DNA of 64,000 nt from Dimorphilus gyrociliatus (taxonomy: Eukaryota > Animalia > Annelida), in assembly GCA_904063045.1 (NCBI GenBank), contig CAJFCJ010000015.1, positions 248,001-312,000 on the forward strand, read 5' to 3'. Under the pieces are notes generated by a model. It was not told where the DNA came from. It searched no databases and saw only the letters and a program-made list of their open reading frames with translations. Both the position numbers and the translations under genes were made by a program. Of this stretch, positions 40,501 to 54,926 are shown piece by piece (position 1 is the stretch's first letter; every line of letters starts with the position of its first letter).

Positions 40501-42804
40501 ATGTATATATTGTTTAGGATACTTCCAGATATGTAGCAAGCTTATTATACTATCACTCTTCCTTCTATATATATCACTTACTTAGTGAAAAACAATAAGA
40601 TAAAGCGCCCAATCGGCAGTGATTCAACAAACATTCAATAAAAAACTAGGGAAAAAACGCTATATAATTAGGATGTCAAACATTTCAAGGGAATCGCAGC
40701 AACACGAGTTGGGTTGCATGCGTGCTTCCATTGAAAGGAACTGTTAATTAATTAAAATCGACTGACCCCTATGACACGGAAGATAGAGAGTGAAAGAGAG
40801 AGAGGATGGAAGTTGGGTGCGGTCCAATAAAAAAAATAAAAGGCTAATAATTGTATACATTATCGTTGATAATTTCGCGTACACTGAAGCAATTTTTTCA
40901 TTATTACTATGGCATTTTTATTTAAGTTAAGGAAAACGTGTTGTTTGTCAGACGGCGTAGCGTTAGGAGGAAGGTTGTTTATCTATTTATCGGACTGCCA
41001 CTGATAAAGTTCTCTTATCATAGTCTAGACGTTCTAAAAGTAGAGAATAAAAGGAATGATGAGGGTGAAAATTCCACGCTGTCAAAGTGGAACCTTCGAA
41101 CCTGTTTTTGTGTATGGTAGGCGTATTTACGCTTCTTGTTTATAAAATAGCCGCAACAATTTAGGCGTCTGATACTCGTCAAGAAGTAGGAACGATAAAG
41201 CTTTGTGCTTTCCGGCAGTTTTTTCAAGTAATTGCCTAAAATGTTAAAAAAGGGGAAAAACTCTATTGACTGTTTCGCACATTTTTCCTTTCTTTACAAA
41301 CAGACATTTCTTTGTCATTTTTTCCCCCACGCGTAACCGCGGAACTAGTAACGCTTAAGGCTGTATAAAAATAGTAAATACTAAGAGATATTCTAAACGG
41401 AAAACGACTTTAGACGACCGACCGCCAGACAAGACGATTACGTTGGAAAGAGGAAATAGTATTTTTTTTGTTTTCCTTTTCCGGTACTTGAAAGTTTAGC
41501 AATATTTTATAAAATGGATGAGTAACGAAAGATCTAACCGAAGGAAAAAAAACCAGGAAGGAGTTGACTTGAAAGGCGGTTGGTGGTATAAAAATAAGTG
41601 AATAATCATAATTTAATAAATTACACGTCAGAATGAAAAAGACTTTACGTAGATCGCTCCAGGGTATGCTCCGTTTAATGAATATGTCTATATTAATTTA
41701 TCTGATACGAATCAAGGTCTTTATCATAACGTGAATATGCTGGTTAGAAACCTGTAATTATACGGTTTACACCGTTTTTTCTTATCAGCTCGGAACGCCA
41801 TACGCATGCGGGAAGGGTAGAGTATTTTTAAGTTTCCGTCGGAAAACGCGCCGTGTTCGCAGATAAATATGGCGACTAAAGCTGTTAAAACACTAGTTAA
41901 TTTTCCGTTTTATCGACGTTTTTCGGTTTATTTTACACAATAATTGGGAGGGGGGCATTTAAAGTACACCAATCTATGATTTGGGATATAACGGTTTGAA
42001 ATACAAGCATAAAAGAAAATGGAGACAAAGCGGAAGCACGTGAAATGGGCAAAACGTTACCAGAGTGTGTTTGCTCTAACCGGGATTGATTTTTTCCTCT
42101 CTTACTCGACGATTATACGCTTCCAGAGGAACCGGTTAAAAAAGAATATTCTGGAACAAAGAGACGCCCGAAAGAGAAAAATCGATAGGCGACAACGTGT
42201 CGCCGTCCCGGCTGTTTTTAACCCTCCATTTCTCCTTAAAAAAGATTTAGATAAAGACGTCTTCTACGTTATGTAAGTCTGGTCAAGTCCAGTTCGTCAG
42301 TTCATATGACGTCATAATTCAGTCATGACGTCATCTTTCCGACCAAGCCGGTATAAAAGTACAGTTTGTACATTTAAGGCCACCATGGGAAGTATATAAT
42401 TAGCTAATTTCCTACTTATATTGACTTATTTAGCTAGAGCAATTTTTTCATAGCTAACTAATATGACAAACCATAAAAAATGTTTGCGGTGAGGAGCAAA
42501 AAAGTGAGTCATATCGCGTTTAATCATCAACATTATTTATGCGTTCGACAAACATATAGAATATAACGTAACAATTAATAAGGAAAAAGAAGAAAAAACT
42601 AGTATAAATAATACATAACGTCTGCTAATTAGGCGGCTTTTTGAATATTACTCAAAATACGCGTTAAAACTGCTTGAAATTAGTTAAGCATTGCAGTATT
42701 TAATTTTAACTATCCTAAACTTAAAAGTTTGAGGCAAAAAGTCGAAAAAAACAACTATAAAACGAATAAAGAAACTTACGAGAAATTTCGTCCGCGCTCG
42801 CCAT
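34525..42804 (-). CDS. Extended SDR / NAD-dependent epimerase (DFR/CCR-like fold) lacking catalytic residues, fused to an acidic low-complexity tail; 8 exons, about 500 aa
   Basis: Exons 42804-42780, 37934-37597, 36850-36578, 36155-35951, 35838-35714, 35352-35071, 34939-34862, 34701-34525 sum to 1503 nt in phase. Motifs RVLVLGATSFVGSH, RVVMTST, VYTEED, ILNPQYSVGP, VDVRDL typical of the DFR-like extended SDRs. Confidence 0.87.
35071..35208 (-). repeat. In-frame 12-nt tandem repeat encoding (x-[A/T]-N-G)n
   Basis: GETNGATNGDANGETNGEANGETNGEANGEANGTANGEATTNGNGK with synonymous codon variation. Confidence 0.9.
36225..36236 (-). promoter_or_regulatory. CTCF-like motif (intronic)
   Basis: Reverse complement TAGGGGGCGCTA. 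Confidence 0.5.
42305..42334. promoter_or_regulatory. Pair of full palindromic CRE (ATF/CREB) sites
   Basis: TATGACGTCATA at 42305-42316 and ATGACGTCAT at 42325-42334, followed by TATAAAAG at 42352. Confidence 0.6.
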
Positions 42805-43147
42805 TGCGCCTTTATCCACCGAATGGAAGCTGAATAGCAACACGTGACCGAGTATATGTTAATGAGTATTGCCATCGCGTCGTCTCGATCATAGCGCCCT
42901 CTTACAAAATTTTCAAGTAACATTTAGGAAAAAAATATCTGTTTTTCAAAATCTTGCTACTTTTTTATTATTTATATATATTAGTATATATTCATATATA
43001 TATATATTAGTATATATATATATATATATACTAATATATATACATTTATATATGTGTATATATTTTTAAAACGTGTACTAATCGCATACTTTAAATAATC
43101 AATATAAAAGTCAGTTTTAGTAGCATTTTTGTTTCTGTTCAAATTAT

Positions 43148-46100
43148 TCAGCAAGAATCCTTTACAGCCCTTAAAATCACGTTTGCTTGATGTACAAGGT
43201 AGTTAGCGCTAATGAACACTTCATTCTTCAGCCTTTTAACAATGGAATAAATAAATATATATATATAATATTAATAAATAATGAAAGGATAATTATAAAA
43301 CTAACTTTTTTTGTTTATCTCTAAAGAAATCTTTGAGGGTATGGCTAAATTTTTTCGAATATTTAACAAATTCCCGTTTCTTCAAATCAAGAGCCTAAGA
43401 AAAAGTAAATCGATTAGAATGAATATATTATATATATATATATAGTTTCTTTAATTAATGAATTATTAATATAAATGTTTGTAGCGTATAAATATTATAT
43501 ATTACGGATTGATGTCATTTTTTCTAGTTATTATAAGAGAATTTAATAGTACTTCTTTCTGATAAAGAGCTTTTTTTCCCCCTATATAACACGAAATATA
43601 GAAATGAATCATTATCCTAAATGAAGAAATTTTTTCCATTAATGTTTATCAATGATGGATAGAAAGTTTTTCCTGTTTTTTTAGACTATATAGCACACTC
43701 GCACATTTGTACGCAAATTTATATATATATATCTGCTACCAATATACTATGAACAGTTAGTGTGATTTAGTGCTAAATTGGTTTGGAATACACAGAGATG
43801 CAAAAAAACGAACAAGATAATTGAGAGAGATTGATAGAAATTTATGAAAAACCAACAAAAATAGTAGAGATTTATGTTTCCTTCTGTAATGCAATCACTC
43901 TAGAAAATAAGTTGAAAAAGTTAAATGTATTTATAGAAGATGAAGTAAGAGTAAAAACAATTAATCATTCATCTAATACATGATTCATTTAGTCATTAAT
44001 TATAATATTTTATAATTTCAATAAAAGAGAATTGGGGAACGAAAATATCCTATGTCTATCAATCTCTGTTTAGTAATAGTTTTCCTTAACGAAAACAACT
44101 ATTCAAAAGTTTTAATTAATTGTAGAAAAATCTCGTTGATTATTAATATAACTATAATTACAAGAAATAAAATAACATACATATTAATCATATCTCTTAT
44201 AATTACGAATAATTAAGCAAACCTTTTCTTTATATTTAAATAAATTTTATAAAGTTGACAAGCTTAAAGGTATTTTTAGTATTTTTAAGATTACGGGTCT
44301 TTTTAATTACCAATTGTAAGAGTACATAATGTTCAAAGTCCATCAAAAAACAATATCATACGCAAAGTTACACCCTGTTCTATAGCATTACTCTTTGGAA
44401 ACAATGTATAATTAACTTTCAGACCATTAATTGTGTATTCAATCTATATTGAAGTTCTTCTATATATAGTTTGGTCTGAATTATAGACTTATCTTCGATT
44501 GCTATCTAAATAGTGTGCGTGGTGAAAAAAAGGTTCGTGCTAAAGAATGTATGTTTAAACATAATTACTCTCTTTTGTTCTTCCTCTTGAATGAACGATA
44601 GTACGTCGTCAACGGATTTTAACAATATCCTTATCGCGCTTGCAATTTCCCTAAATCAAAAGTTCAAAGGTAAATATAAAAAAACAAGCATAAAAACAAA
44701 GAAAGTAAAAAAACAAGAAACAAAAAGATGTCTATGTATCGAAAATGTTGTAAAGATTTGTATTTACTTTATCGTTTCCAAAAACTTCTTCCGGTCGTCG
44801 ATTTCATCTGGAATTCGACCAAGTATCCTTTTCAGGCTTGTTGTTCTTTCATTAATCTGTAAGAAAGCATTCTCATTCCTAGTTATTCGTAGTTCTGATT
44901 CTGAAAATGAAAAAGTAAGTTTTTTAGCTTTGTTTTCGCAATGATCTCTATCTTATCGTAATACACCATATTTCATACCAGAAAGCTCATTTTCGGGCTC
45001 TAGGCGTAGAAGGAGTTCGGGCAAATTCACCTCGTTTTCAATATCTGCTTTTGCCATTATCGATTTGATAAAGTCCGCCGTAAAACCCGGAATTTCCTCT
45101 TCCATCTGTATTCATGAAACGAACATTCCTATTAGGTAGTTAAATAAATAGCCAGAATGCAGCTATTCTTAGTTCGCATTAAATAAGCGTAACATGGGTG
45201 GATTAGCCAATTTCGCTACCCCCTACACTCGTTTCACCATCAAAGTCTTTACGCTTCATCACTATTTCTCGCCCCTATGCGTTTTTATAGAGAAAGAATT
45301 GATAAGCGAAAACTATACGTTTGTATGCAAGGTATTTAACTTTTGCTTATCTAAACTGTCGATCGACTGAACGGTAAACAACGCGGGCTTAAATTCCATA
45401 CATTTTATCAAACGATTATAGACGCTCCTTTTACTACCTACTTCTATTATTAAACATTAGTAATGGTCTGTCTCAAGCTTGCTTAAATGCGATAGTATCA
45501 CAGGCTTTTCTTTTCTTTGTATATATATATTGCTTAGAAAAGAAGCCTCTAAAGTAGAAATCTACAAGTGACTTAAGGGATAGGAGTTATTCAATACTTG
45601 TTGCTGTTGCTCTAAAATATATGTGATAATAATATCTACCCTCACTCTAAGTATTCCTAAAGTTAATACTACAACACGGATTTTATAGCAGGACGTCATG
45701 AAAACTATATTAACTTCTAAATTTAGATTGTGATTAATTCTTTTAAAGAAACTGATTCATTTATAAGATAAGTTGTCCAGAATGTCAAACACAGCATTCT
45801 ATAATGGTATCTATCTTTTTAATTAAACATCTTACCTTCTCCGTCTTTAATAGTATTAACAATACTATCGTTTATACTTTAGGTATAGGATTATGAATAA
45901 TATTTGTATTTAGTAAAATTTCCCTTGTAGTATATAGAAACCAATACTACGATACTATTAAAATGAATAATAGGTCTTAAAGTGAAATAAGGCGTTTCTC
46001 TTTTAGAAAATGGCGAATATTATAGAGAAACATTAGTGAGGATAATAAATTATGTATTTTTCTTATAATAAATATCGTACCTGCTCAAATGCTGTTTTTA

Positions 46101-46271
46101 ATTCATTACTTGACTCTGCATCAGTCTTCTCGAGCTGTATTTTTTTAACACATACGTGAATTATAATTTAAGATAGAAAAATTTATAAATAATCAAAACC
46201 TTTTTTAAAACTGGTTTTAGAAGAGTAGGAAAAGCCATACTTATCAACCAACTGTCTTCTCCCATTGTCAT
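43148..46271 (-). CDS. PDCD10: Programmed cell death protein 10 / CCM3, 7 exons (not in ORF track)
   Basis: MTMGEDSWLISMAFPTLLKPVLKK|LEKTDAESSNELKTAFEQ|MEEEIPGFT...NLPELLLR|...LKRILGRIPDEIDDRKKFLETIK|EIASAIRILL|ALDLKKREFVKYSKKFSHTLKDFF|...VFISANYLVHQANVIL. Confidence 0.96.
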
Positions 46272-46510
46272 TATGAATCAAAAGCGATATTCTGAATGAT
46301 AATCTGAAAGTGTAAACATAGGCGTGACTACAACTTCATGTTACGCTCCAGATATTATATTTACCGAATTATTCTAAATTAATCACGAACTAAAACTTCA
46401 CCAGAATAAACTTAGTTCTTTACTTATCAGATAAAAAAATTTTTTCAGATCCTTATTTCTTTATTTAGTTAAAAAATTAATAGAAAATTAGTTCAGGAAG
46501 TTAAACTAAG

Positions 46511-46521
46511 GCGCATGCGCA
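46511..46521. promoter_or_regulatory. NRF1/Ewg palindrome upstream of PDCD10
   Basis: GCGCATGCGCA, about 240 bp upstream of the PDCD10 ATG. Confidence 0.6.
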
Positions 46522-46669
46522 ATATAAATATTTTCGTATATCTTCAAAATATTTTATTCATATAAAAATAGGCTATATTACATTATTATGTATTTAAAAC
46601 TATTAAAATACGTTTTGTTTCACATAAATAAAAAATACGTAATTTTGTAAGATAACATAAAACTGATAA

Positions 46670-46681
46670 TAGGTGGCACTG
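46670..46681 (+). promoter_or_regulatory. CTCF-like motif upstream of PDCD10
   Basis: TAGGTGGCACTG. Confidence 0.5.
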
Positions 46682-49059
46682 TAGTTTAGTTTTTTGGCAG
46701 AACATCCTTAGATCATTTTAAAAGTTTACCAGGAACCAATTACACAAAGATTGAAAATGTCAATTAAGAACTAATTTATCAATTCAGCTTAAAAAAATAT
46801 TCCCAATTGTTCGAAAGAAACTAAATACTTCCGTTCTTGGTGGGTTTAGAACTAAAAAAGAAAAAAATTTATGTATCTTAGTATTGTAGTCTGATACATG
46901 GTATTTTAATGCGAAGTAATAAAAAGCTTGTCTAAGGATAAATATATAAAAGAATTGTGAAAGAAGGAGGTATATTAAACAAATATGTGACTTTTACAAC
47001 TATTCAGTATATCTTTTTTTGTCACTTGAACAAAATAAGAATCTTGACTCTCTTTCTCTCTTTCTCTCACTCTCTCTCTCTCTGTCCCTCTCTCTTTATG
47101 TATATATACTGCGTATGTATACATATCATGAAATTTTTAATTAATAGAAGACTTACTTTTTATACTAAAGAGAAAAAAGCTTTTATTAAAATCGGAAAGC
47201 TTAGACTTATGAAAGATTACAAATAGGATTAATTGGAAAGACCTATGGTCCATAATTTGTGTAATAGCGGCCACATATGGCTTAAGAGAATCAATGATTA
47301 AATGGTGCCTGGAACATGGAAATTTCTTCTTTATAGCCATATCTTACAAATAGATATGACAGATAAAGTATACATTTTAACAAAAGCTTATAGATGAACA
47401 ACCTCATCCTTTTCAATCCTTCCACCTTAGAAATTTTTTTTTGCTTTCGAATATCTTAAAAACAAATAAAGAGAACCATTTTTAAAGTTCTTTCCTCTCT
47501 CTCTCTCTCTCTTTCTAGTTTTTAACCAGTAAACATATTACGTAACTTTTCTTTTGTTTTTCGTATAGGAAGGATATAGTTAACGTTTTTTTTACAATTT
47601 ATTCTCTTATCAATTGTATTTAAATCGAATTCAAATAAACAATTAAAGATTTAGTATAGTAAAGAAGAAAGAAAGAAGATTTAAGGAGAACAAAGAGCGT
47701 TTAAATGATATATTATTGCTTTATCGTATACAATCATGAGTGACGATACGAACTTGGCACCTTAGTTGTTGTTGTTGTCATTTAACTATATTTTAATCAT
47801 GATTCTCTTGAAAAACTTGAAAATAAATGAGGGAACAAGTAAAATGGTCGTTAAAACTGGCAGTTGGCACTTACAATAAATTATAGATCGTTACCATTTT
47901 TGGAGGTAATTTCGCGCTGATTGTAATCATTTCTCTTGTTCATTGTCATTGAACAATAAGGATAATCAATACATTTTGGAGCATAAGAGAGAGGGGAGAA
48001 GAAGTTGACTAGAACAAAGTACACTAGATTAATGTAGAACTGTATCTTAGCGGAGAATAGATATGTAATACAACAGTACTAGTCACTTGTAATAGGTACT
48101 ATTAAAGTAGCAGAAAAGAGGCGTTTATCACTAATTACTGGCCATCGGTTCTTACATAAAATGTTCTTCCCTACTAATCATAGAGAGAAAAATCAATACG
48201 TAAACGACGTAATTATTTCATTCTCGTAAGGAGGAACAAATATCGTTTAGGGCATCTGACTTTCTTACATATCCGATATTTTTTTTCCTCTCTACAATTT
48301 ATAGCTGTATTACAGTGATTATTTATAATTTCGGCCTATAAACATCATTACTATATTATACGAAATGTAAAGATATTGTATTTGAATTTACTATTATATT
48401 TATATCATTTTGGCAACATTTACGAAGCAATTTGCATATGAATAATTACGTTTTTATTATCTTAAATTTCTTTATCAAATTGATTTTTCTTCATAAGAAA
48501 AAAGGAATGAAAATTTATTTTTTTTATTATTTCAGTCTTTTTTTATTATTAAATTTTGCTGTATTACTGACAGGGAAAATCAATTTTCAATTCTCAAGAG
48601 ATACTTGTACAACGAACTGATGAGTTTGCTAATTTCGGCAATAGATGGCATTGAAAACAAGGACTAAAATATATGACGAATTTGTTTAGAAAATATTCAT
48701 GAAGAAAATATTTAAAGTACTTTTAGTTAATTAGTTAAAAAAAAAATAATAATTTTTACATTCCCCTTTCGAAGAAATATATCCAGAGATTTTATTAACA
48801 TAACCTTGAAAAGTTAATTACGACCTTTTCGTTTTATAATAGACTCTTTCCCTTCCTCCCTCCTGTCTTCAACAAATTCTTCTTTTATCTATAAGATATA
48901 ATCTAGTCTTATTTTATTAAATTTTCTCACATGTACAAGTAATATTTAACGATTATTTCATGATAAAATTTCGCTAAATGTTTTAATACAAGATGTCACT
49001 ATGGAAACAGAATCAATTAAAAAAGTTAAAAAAAGAAAACGAGACAGGGGAACAGAGGC

Positions 49060-49060
<1 letters not shown>

Positions 49061-49090
<30 letters not shown>

Positions 49091-49248
49091 GGAGGGAGAG
49101 AGAAAAAAAAGAGAAAGAGGGAAAGTGCGAGTTATTGAAGAAGAATAGGGAAAAAGCTGAACAGAAAAGAGATAAAAACTCTGCATGTTTATGTGTGAGA
49201 AAGAAAGAAATAGATCAACAAACTAGACAGATTGAGAGCGATTGAGAA

Positions 49249-49280
<32 letters not shown>
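49061..49280. repeat. Two (GA)n tracts within a purine-rich stretch
   Basis: GA repeats at about 49061-49102 and 49249-49280. Confidence 0.85.
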
Positions 49281-50046
49281 GGAAAAGTGAATAGAAACAA
49301 AAATACATATCTACATCGGAAATAGAACAAAACTATTAAATTAAAAAATATGATGAATAAGGTAAAAAAAGAAAAAACCCCGAAAATATTATTAATTATA
49401 TATTGTATTTACAAAATAACAAAAAATATTGAACGAAGGTGAATAAACACTTTTTTTTTAATGAATTAATTTATTCTGTGAATAACTTTCATCAGTTTTT
49501 ACGTTGAGGATAGTCATTGTTTTTTTTCTGTTTTTTTTTTTCAACACAGCATCATTGCATATCATTCTCTTCCTTTTCCTATTCCTTTACTATTCTATTT
49601 AGTAATTTTTTTACCCTCTCCTTCCTTCTTCCTCTTCAAGTCCTCTACCAGTTTCTTCTTTTTATTATTTTTTCTTATTGTCCCTTAACCGTCTTTTCTA
49701 TTCTTTCATCTCTTCCCATTTGTATTTATATAGTAAGTAATCCGTATATTCTCCCCCCTATTCCAAGATAAGATAAGAGTATAGCTTCATAAAAGTAATT
49801 ACATATGTATATAGCTGTGTATATATAATATATATATTTATTTTCTAGTATTAATGCAAAATTACGCAATTGATTAGAAAACTCTTTTTAAGTAGAAAAG
49901 GAAAGAAAGGAAAGGAAATGCTAAAATGGAAGAAAGGAAAGAAAAGGGAAAAAAGTGAATTTTTTTTATTCTTTTCCCTTTTTTTTATTAAAAAAAAATA
50001 ATTTATTATAATTATTTACTTTTATGGTAAATTAGAAATTTTATTT

Positions 50047-50059
50047 ACTAGATGGCGCT
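50047..50059 (+). promoter_or_regulatory. CTCF-like motif upstream of calmodulin-like gene
   Basis: ACTAGATGGCGCT, about 250 bp upstream of the ATG. Confidence 0.55.
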
Positions 50060-50298
50060 TTGAAAAAAAGCCAATCAAACTAAGGCAATTAATGATCATA
50101 CCTCCGTCAAGTCGTTCGTACATTTTACACTGAAGAAGGCGGTGCCGAAAGATGGATGTCCGTAAGACAACGTTGATATAGTTGAAAGTTTTCGATCAAT
50201 AGGCGTAAAGAATAGCTTAGGCCTGTAAACAACCCACTAGAGGTTTGGTAATGTCAATACAGTAATTCAGAATTTGATCATGTCAGTCTGATTTCAAC

Positions 50299-51669
<1,371 letters not shown>

Positions 51670-52768
51670 TGATATTAACTAACTAAATAAAAGAAGAATA
51701 CTTAAGTTGCCATCTCATTGTTTTATTCCTTGTTTGTGCTGTTTTGTTCTTTCTTATCTATTTTTCCCAGTCTATAAGCCCCTTTTTACATTATGAATTC
51801 ATCTATAGATATTTAATCTATTGCATTATATTTCATATGCTATATATATGCATATATATTTATATATATATAAATTTATATAAATTGAAATATGTAGCAT
51901 TTTAATACTTATATTTATATATTATATATAAATATATATAAATTTATATAGTTATATATATATATATATAACTGAAAAATGTTTTTGTCTAAGATTCCAG
52001 ACTTAATCTTACAAAATAAACGAAGATAGATCTCTCTCTCTTTCTTTCTTACATTTTCTTTTAAAAAAAAAAGAATTAGATTTAAAATAAGACTGATTAA
52101 CCGAAATTCAAATGTATGTTTTAGAGCTGTCAATATGAGAAAAATATAAAATGAGATATTTATTATAGTGAACGAAACGCCCTCTTTCATTCAAATCAAT
52201 TGAATTTTTACGGGCTTATTTTTCATTTAAAGCATACTATAATAATAATTCTTTAGTGTATATATATGTGGTTTATATTTGGATTGTTTACTTTAGGCCT
52301 ATAATAATTTTTTATACTAAGAAAATCCGGATTAAATGAAGGCCAAAAAGTAAATTCTTTTTGCGTATAAATATATATATATATACTGTATATTAGTACA
52401 TATAAAATATTCTTTTTTCATATTTGTCTAACGTTTATATATATGAATGGCACTAGACAAAAGAATGGGAAGGAAAATAAACTCGAAAAAGAGATAAGTG
52501 ATAAGGAATATCCTATTTATTCCGAGATACACAAAACTTTAAACTATCCTAAATGGTGGGGAAATATCCCACATAAGGATCTTCTATATCAGCCACTTAA
52601 CGCCGTAAGCCTTTTACCAATTGAAGAGGGGGAAAATAGATAATATTTTTCTTTTCTTTATATCGGGAAAGGCTACATAATTTCGCAAAAAATGTGTTGA
52701 AAACATTGAAGCTGTCAAGTTATTAGTTCGAGTGTAGTAGTATAATTTAATCTTCGTGTAGTTTGGGG

Positions 52769-54926
52769 TCAGCGAATCCTGTCGCGATTTTCTAGTTCCA
52801 CATAGTCATAGGGATATGGAGCGCGAATAGAGGAAACGTCATCCAGCTCTTTTATCTTTCAGAATTGTAATTAATAAATGGTTAGCTTTGAAGTGGCTAT
52901 TTTTTTTCTATATACAAACCTCATCAATACTTAAACTCCAACCGCTGCCTGAATTATAATTATCTTCTAAATGTTTTACAGTTCTTGCGCCAATAACTAC
53001 TGATGGAACGTTTTCTTTTTCTAAAAGCCAACGTATTGCTACTTGGGGCACAGATTTTCCCTTAGCTTTCGATATTTCTTCGCACTTCTCTATTACTTTT
53101 AAAGCCCTTTGGGTATCCTCTTTAAACCAACTTGCGTCTGGATGGCTATTAGACGCCCTACCTTCACCAGAACTCGCCCAATCGATTCTAGAGCCTTTCT
53201 TAGGCTTCAGGGTGTCCTTGTCAATATTACCGCTCAACCATCCTCTGTAATATTCCTAAAGGGTTATTTTCTCTATCGACGGAAAAAACCTAACAACGCA
53301 ATTTACTGCCTATTCAATAAATAGTTAGAGAGGTACATTCATCACGATGGAAAACTGTCTTTTTTCTCAAAAGTAAAATAAGCTAAAAAAGAGAGTAAAA
53401 TTTACTTTGACGACCAAACTAAAATATTTGGACAAAGAAAGGAGTAGAGTTTTTCTACAGTATAGGCGTAATAAAGTAGTCATTCTCTCCTTCACTTTCT
53501 AGTTTAGTTCTATTTATTTTGTACTGTTTTACAAAGAATTTTGTTTTGCCTTTTTCTTTCCTCTTTCTTTCTCTTTGACGTATTTCGATTTTTTAAGAAC
53601 TTTTATCAATTGTTGGATTTTTTGTGTTAATCCATCGAGTTATTCTATATATAAATAATAAATCTTTTATTTTTTCTTATAACATAGAAATTAGATGAAG
53701 AATATGATCTGAGTAACTAAATATCACAGTAGATTTCTAACACTGTAATAATATATACTTTCCTAGATCGGACAACGTTATTAGAAAGACTTCTTTATGA
53801 GTAAAATTTCAATACTTTACATCAACAAAAAAACTATGTTCTCACTTTTTGTCTTTGTTACATTGATAGAAGACAAAACTTATATCTAAAAATATGATAA
53901 ATAATGATTATCTATTAACGAATTTCTGGCGGGAAAATTGTTTAAACGTGTGTAACAAATAATTAAATAGTAGAATATATTTACCTAATTCTATTATCAA
54001 ATACCTTATAAATTAGAATTCAAAAGATTGAATTTGATTAAATATTAATGTCTAATTATATGATTTAATTGAATTACCAGCATAAAGTAGTATATATTAT
54101 TATAATTACCCTTTCAAAGGACTCCATGGTAGCAGTGCAATTCCTTCGTTTCGACAAACTTCGGCTACTTCCCATTCGGTTGAACGACATAATAAATTAT
54201 ATTGCTGCTGTAAAGCAGCGATAGGATGCCAGTTTCGCTGTCTAGTTAGCTCGGCCGCTTTCTGCAGCTGCCAACCCTTAAGATTACTTAAGCCGATATA
54301 TCGAACTTTTCCATTTGATACTAAATCGTTCATAGCTTGTAAGCTTTCTTCTAGTGGAACACCAGCATCCCAAATATGAAGCTATTTTAAAAGGACATAA
54401 CTAATATTTATTCAGTCAAAACGTTATTACTACAAACGTAATATATGTCCAAATAAGATGTGCCTAATCTTTCTAAGGTTTGATCAATGCTCCACATAAT
54501 GTGTCTTCTACTAGCACCCATGCAATTTGGATTATTCGGATCCCAAATGCGACGAAACTTGCTAGCAATAACATACTTATTTCTATCTTTGTTTTCCAAC
54601 CACTTTCCAATTATTTTTTCTGAATCACCGTGTTGATAGGAATCGGCAGTATCGATAAAGTTACCGCCCCATGCAGTGTATTTGTCCAATATTTCAAAAG
54701 ATTCGTCCAAACCGCTATAAGGCCTATTACCCTGCGATAAGATTAAGATACCAATAAAAGAAACTGCGCGAAATTGGAATCATTAATATGAAAATCTTTG
54801 TTTGAAGTTAATATTGATATATTTAGAAATGCTTACAGGATGCCGTCCAAAAGTTAACGTTCCGAGGCATATGTTGGAGACTTTTAATCCACTTCTTCCC
54901 AACCAATTATAAACGCATTTACTCAT
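52769..54926 (-). CDS. Aldo-keto reductase (YajO / aryl-alcohol dehydrogenase-like subfamily), 5 exons
   Basis: LGRSGLKVSNICLGTLTFG, GGNFIDTADSY, IASK, SIDQTLERLGTSYLDIYY|LH, GKVRYIGLSN, LQQQYNLLCR, LPWSPLKGGWL, QVAIRWLL, IGARTVKHLEDN. Asp/Tyr/Lys/His tetrad present. Confidence 0.95.

Noticed and set aside
40970-41870. Apparent cluster of GATA sites
   Set aside because: WGATAR is expected about every 200 bp at this AT content.
42019-42276. Plus-strand 85-aa ORF ending near a GTAAGT donor
   Set aside because: It lies within the SDR first intron, no compatible downstream exon was found, and the composition reflects regulatory DNA.
42379-42399. Perfect vertebrate Kozak GCCACCATGG
   Set aside because: It opens only a 4-codon ORF (MGSI*) and sits too close to the putative TATA box.
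34525-42804. Reading the DFR/CCR-like SDR as part of a phenylpropanoid/flavonoid pathway with the ammonia-lyase
   Set aside because: Catalytic Tyr and Lys are absent, it is about 18 kb away with unrelated genes between, and DFR-like folds are widespread in invertebrates.
47137-47340. Overlapping short open frames on both strands
   Set aside because: Neither has convincing start/splice context or homology; within chance for this AT content.
48617-48660. CTGATGA followed by a short hairpin (possible hammerhead ribozyme core)
   Set aside because: The required CGAAA after stem II and stems I/III are missing.
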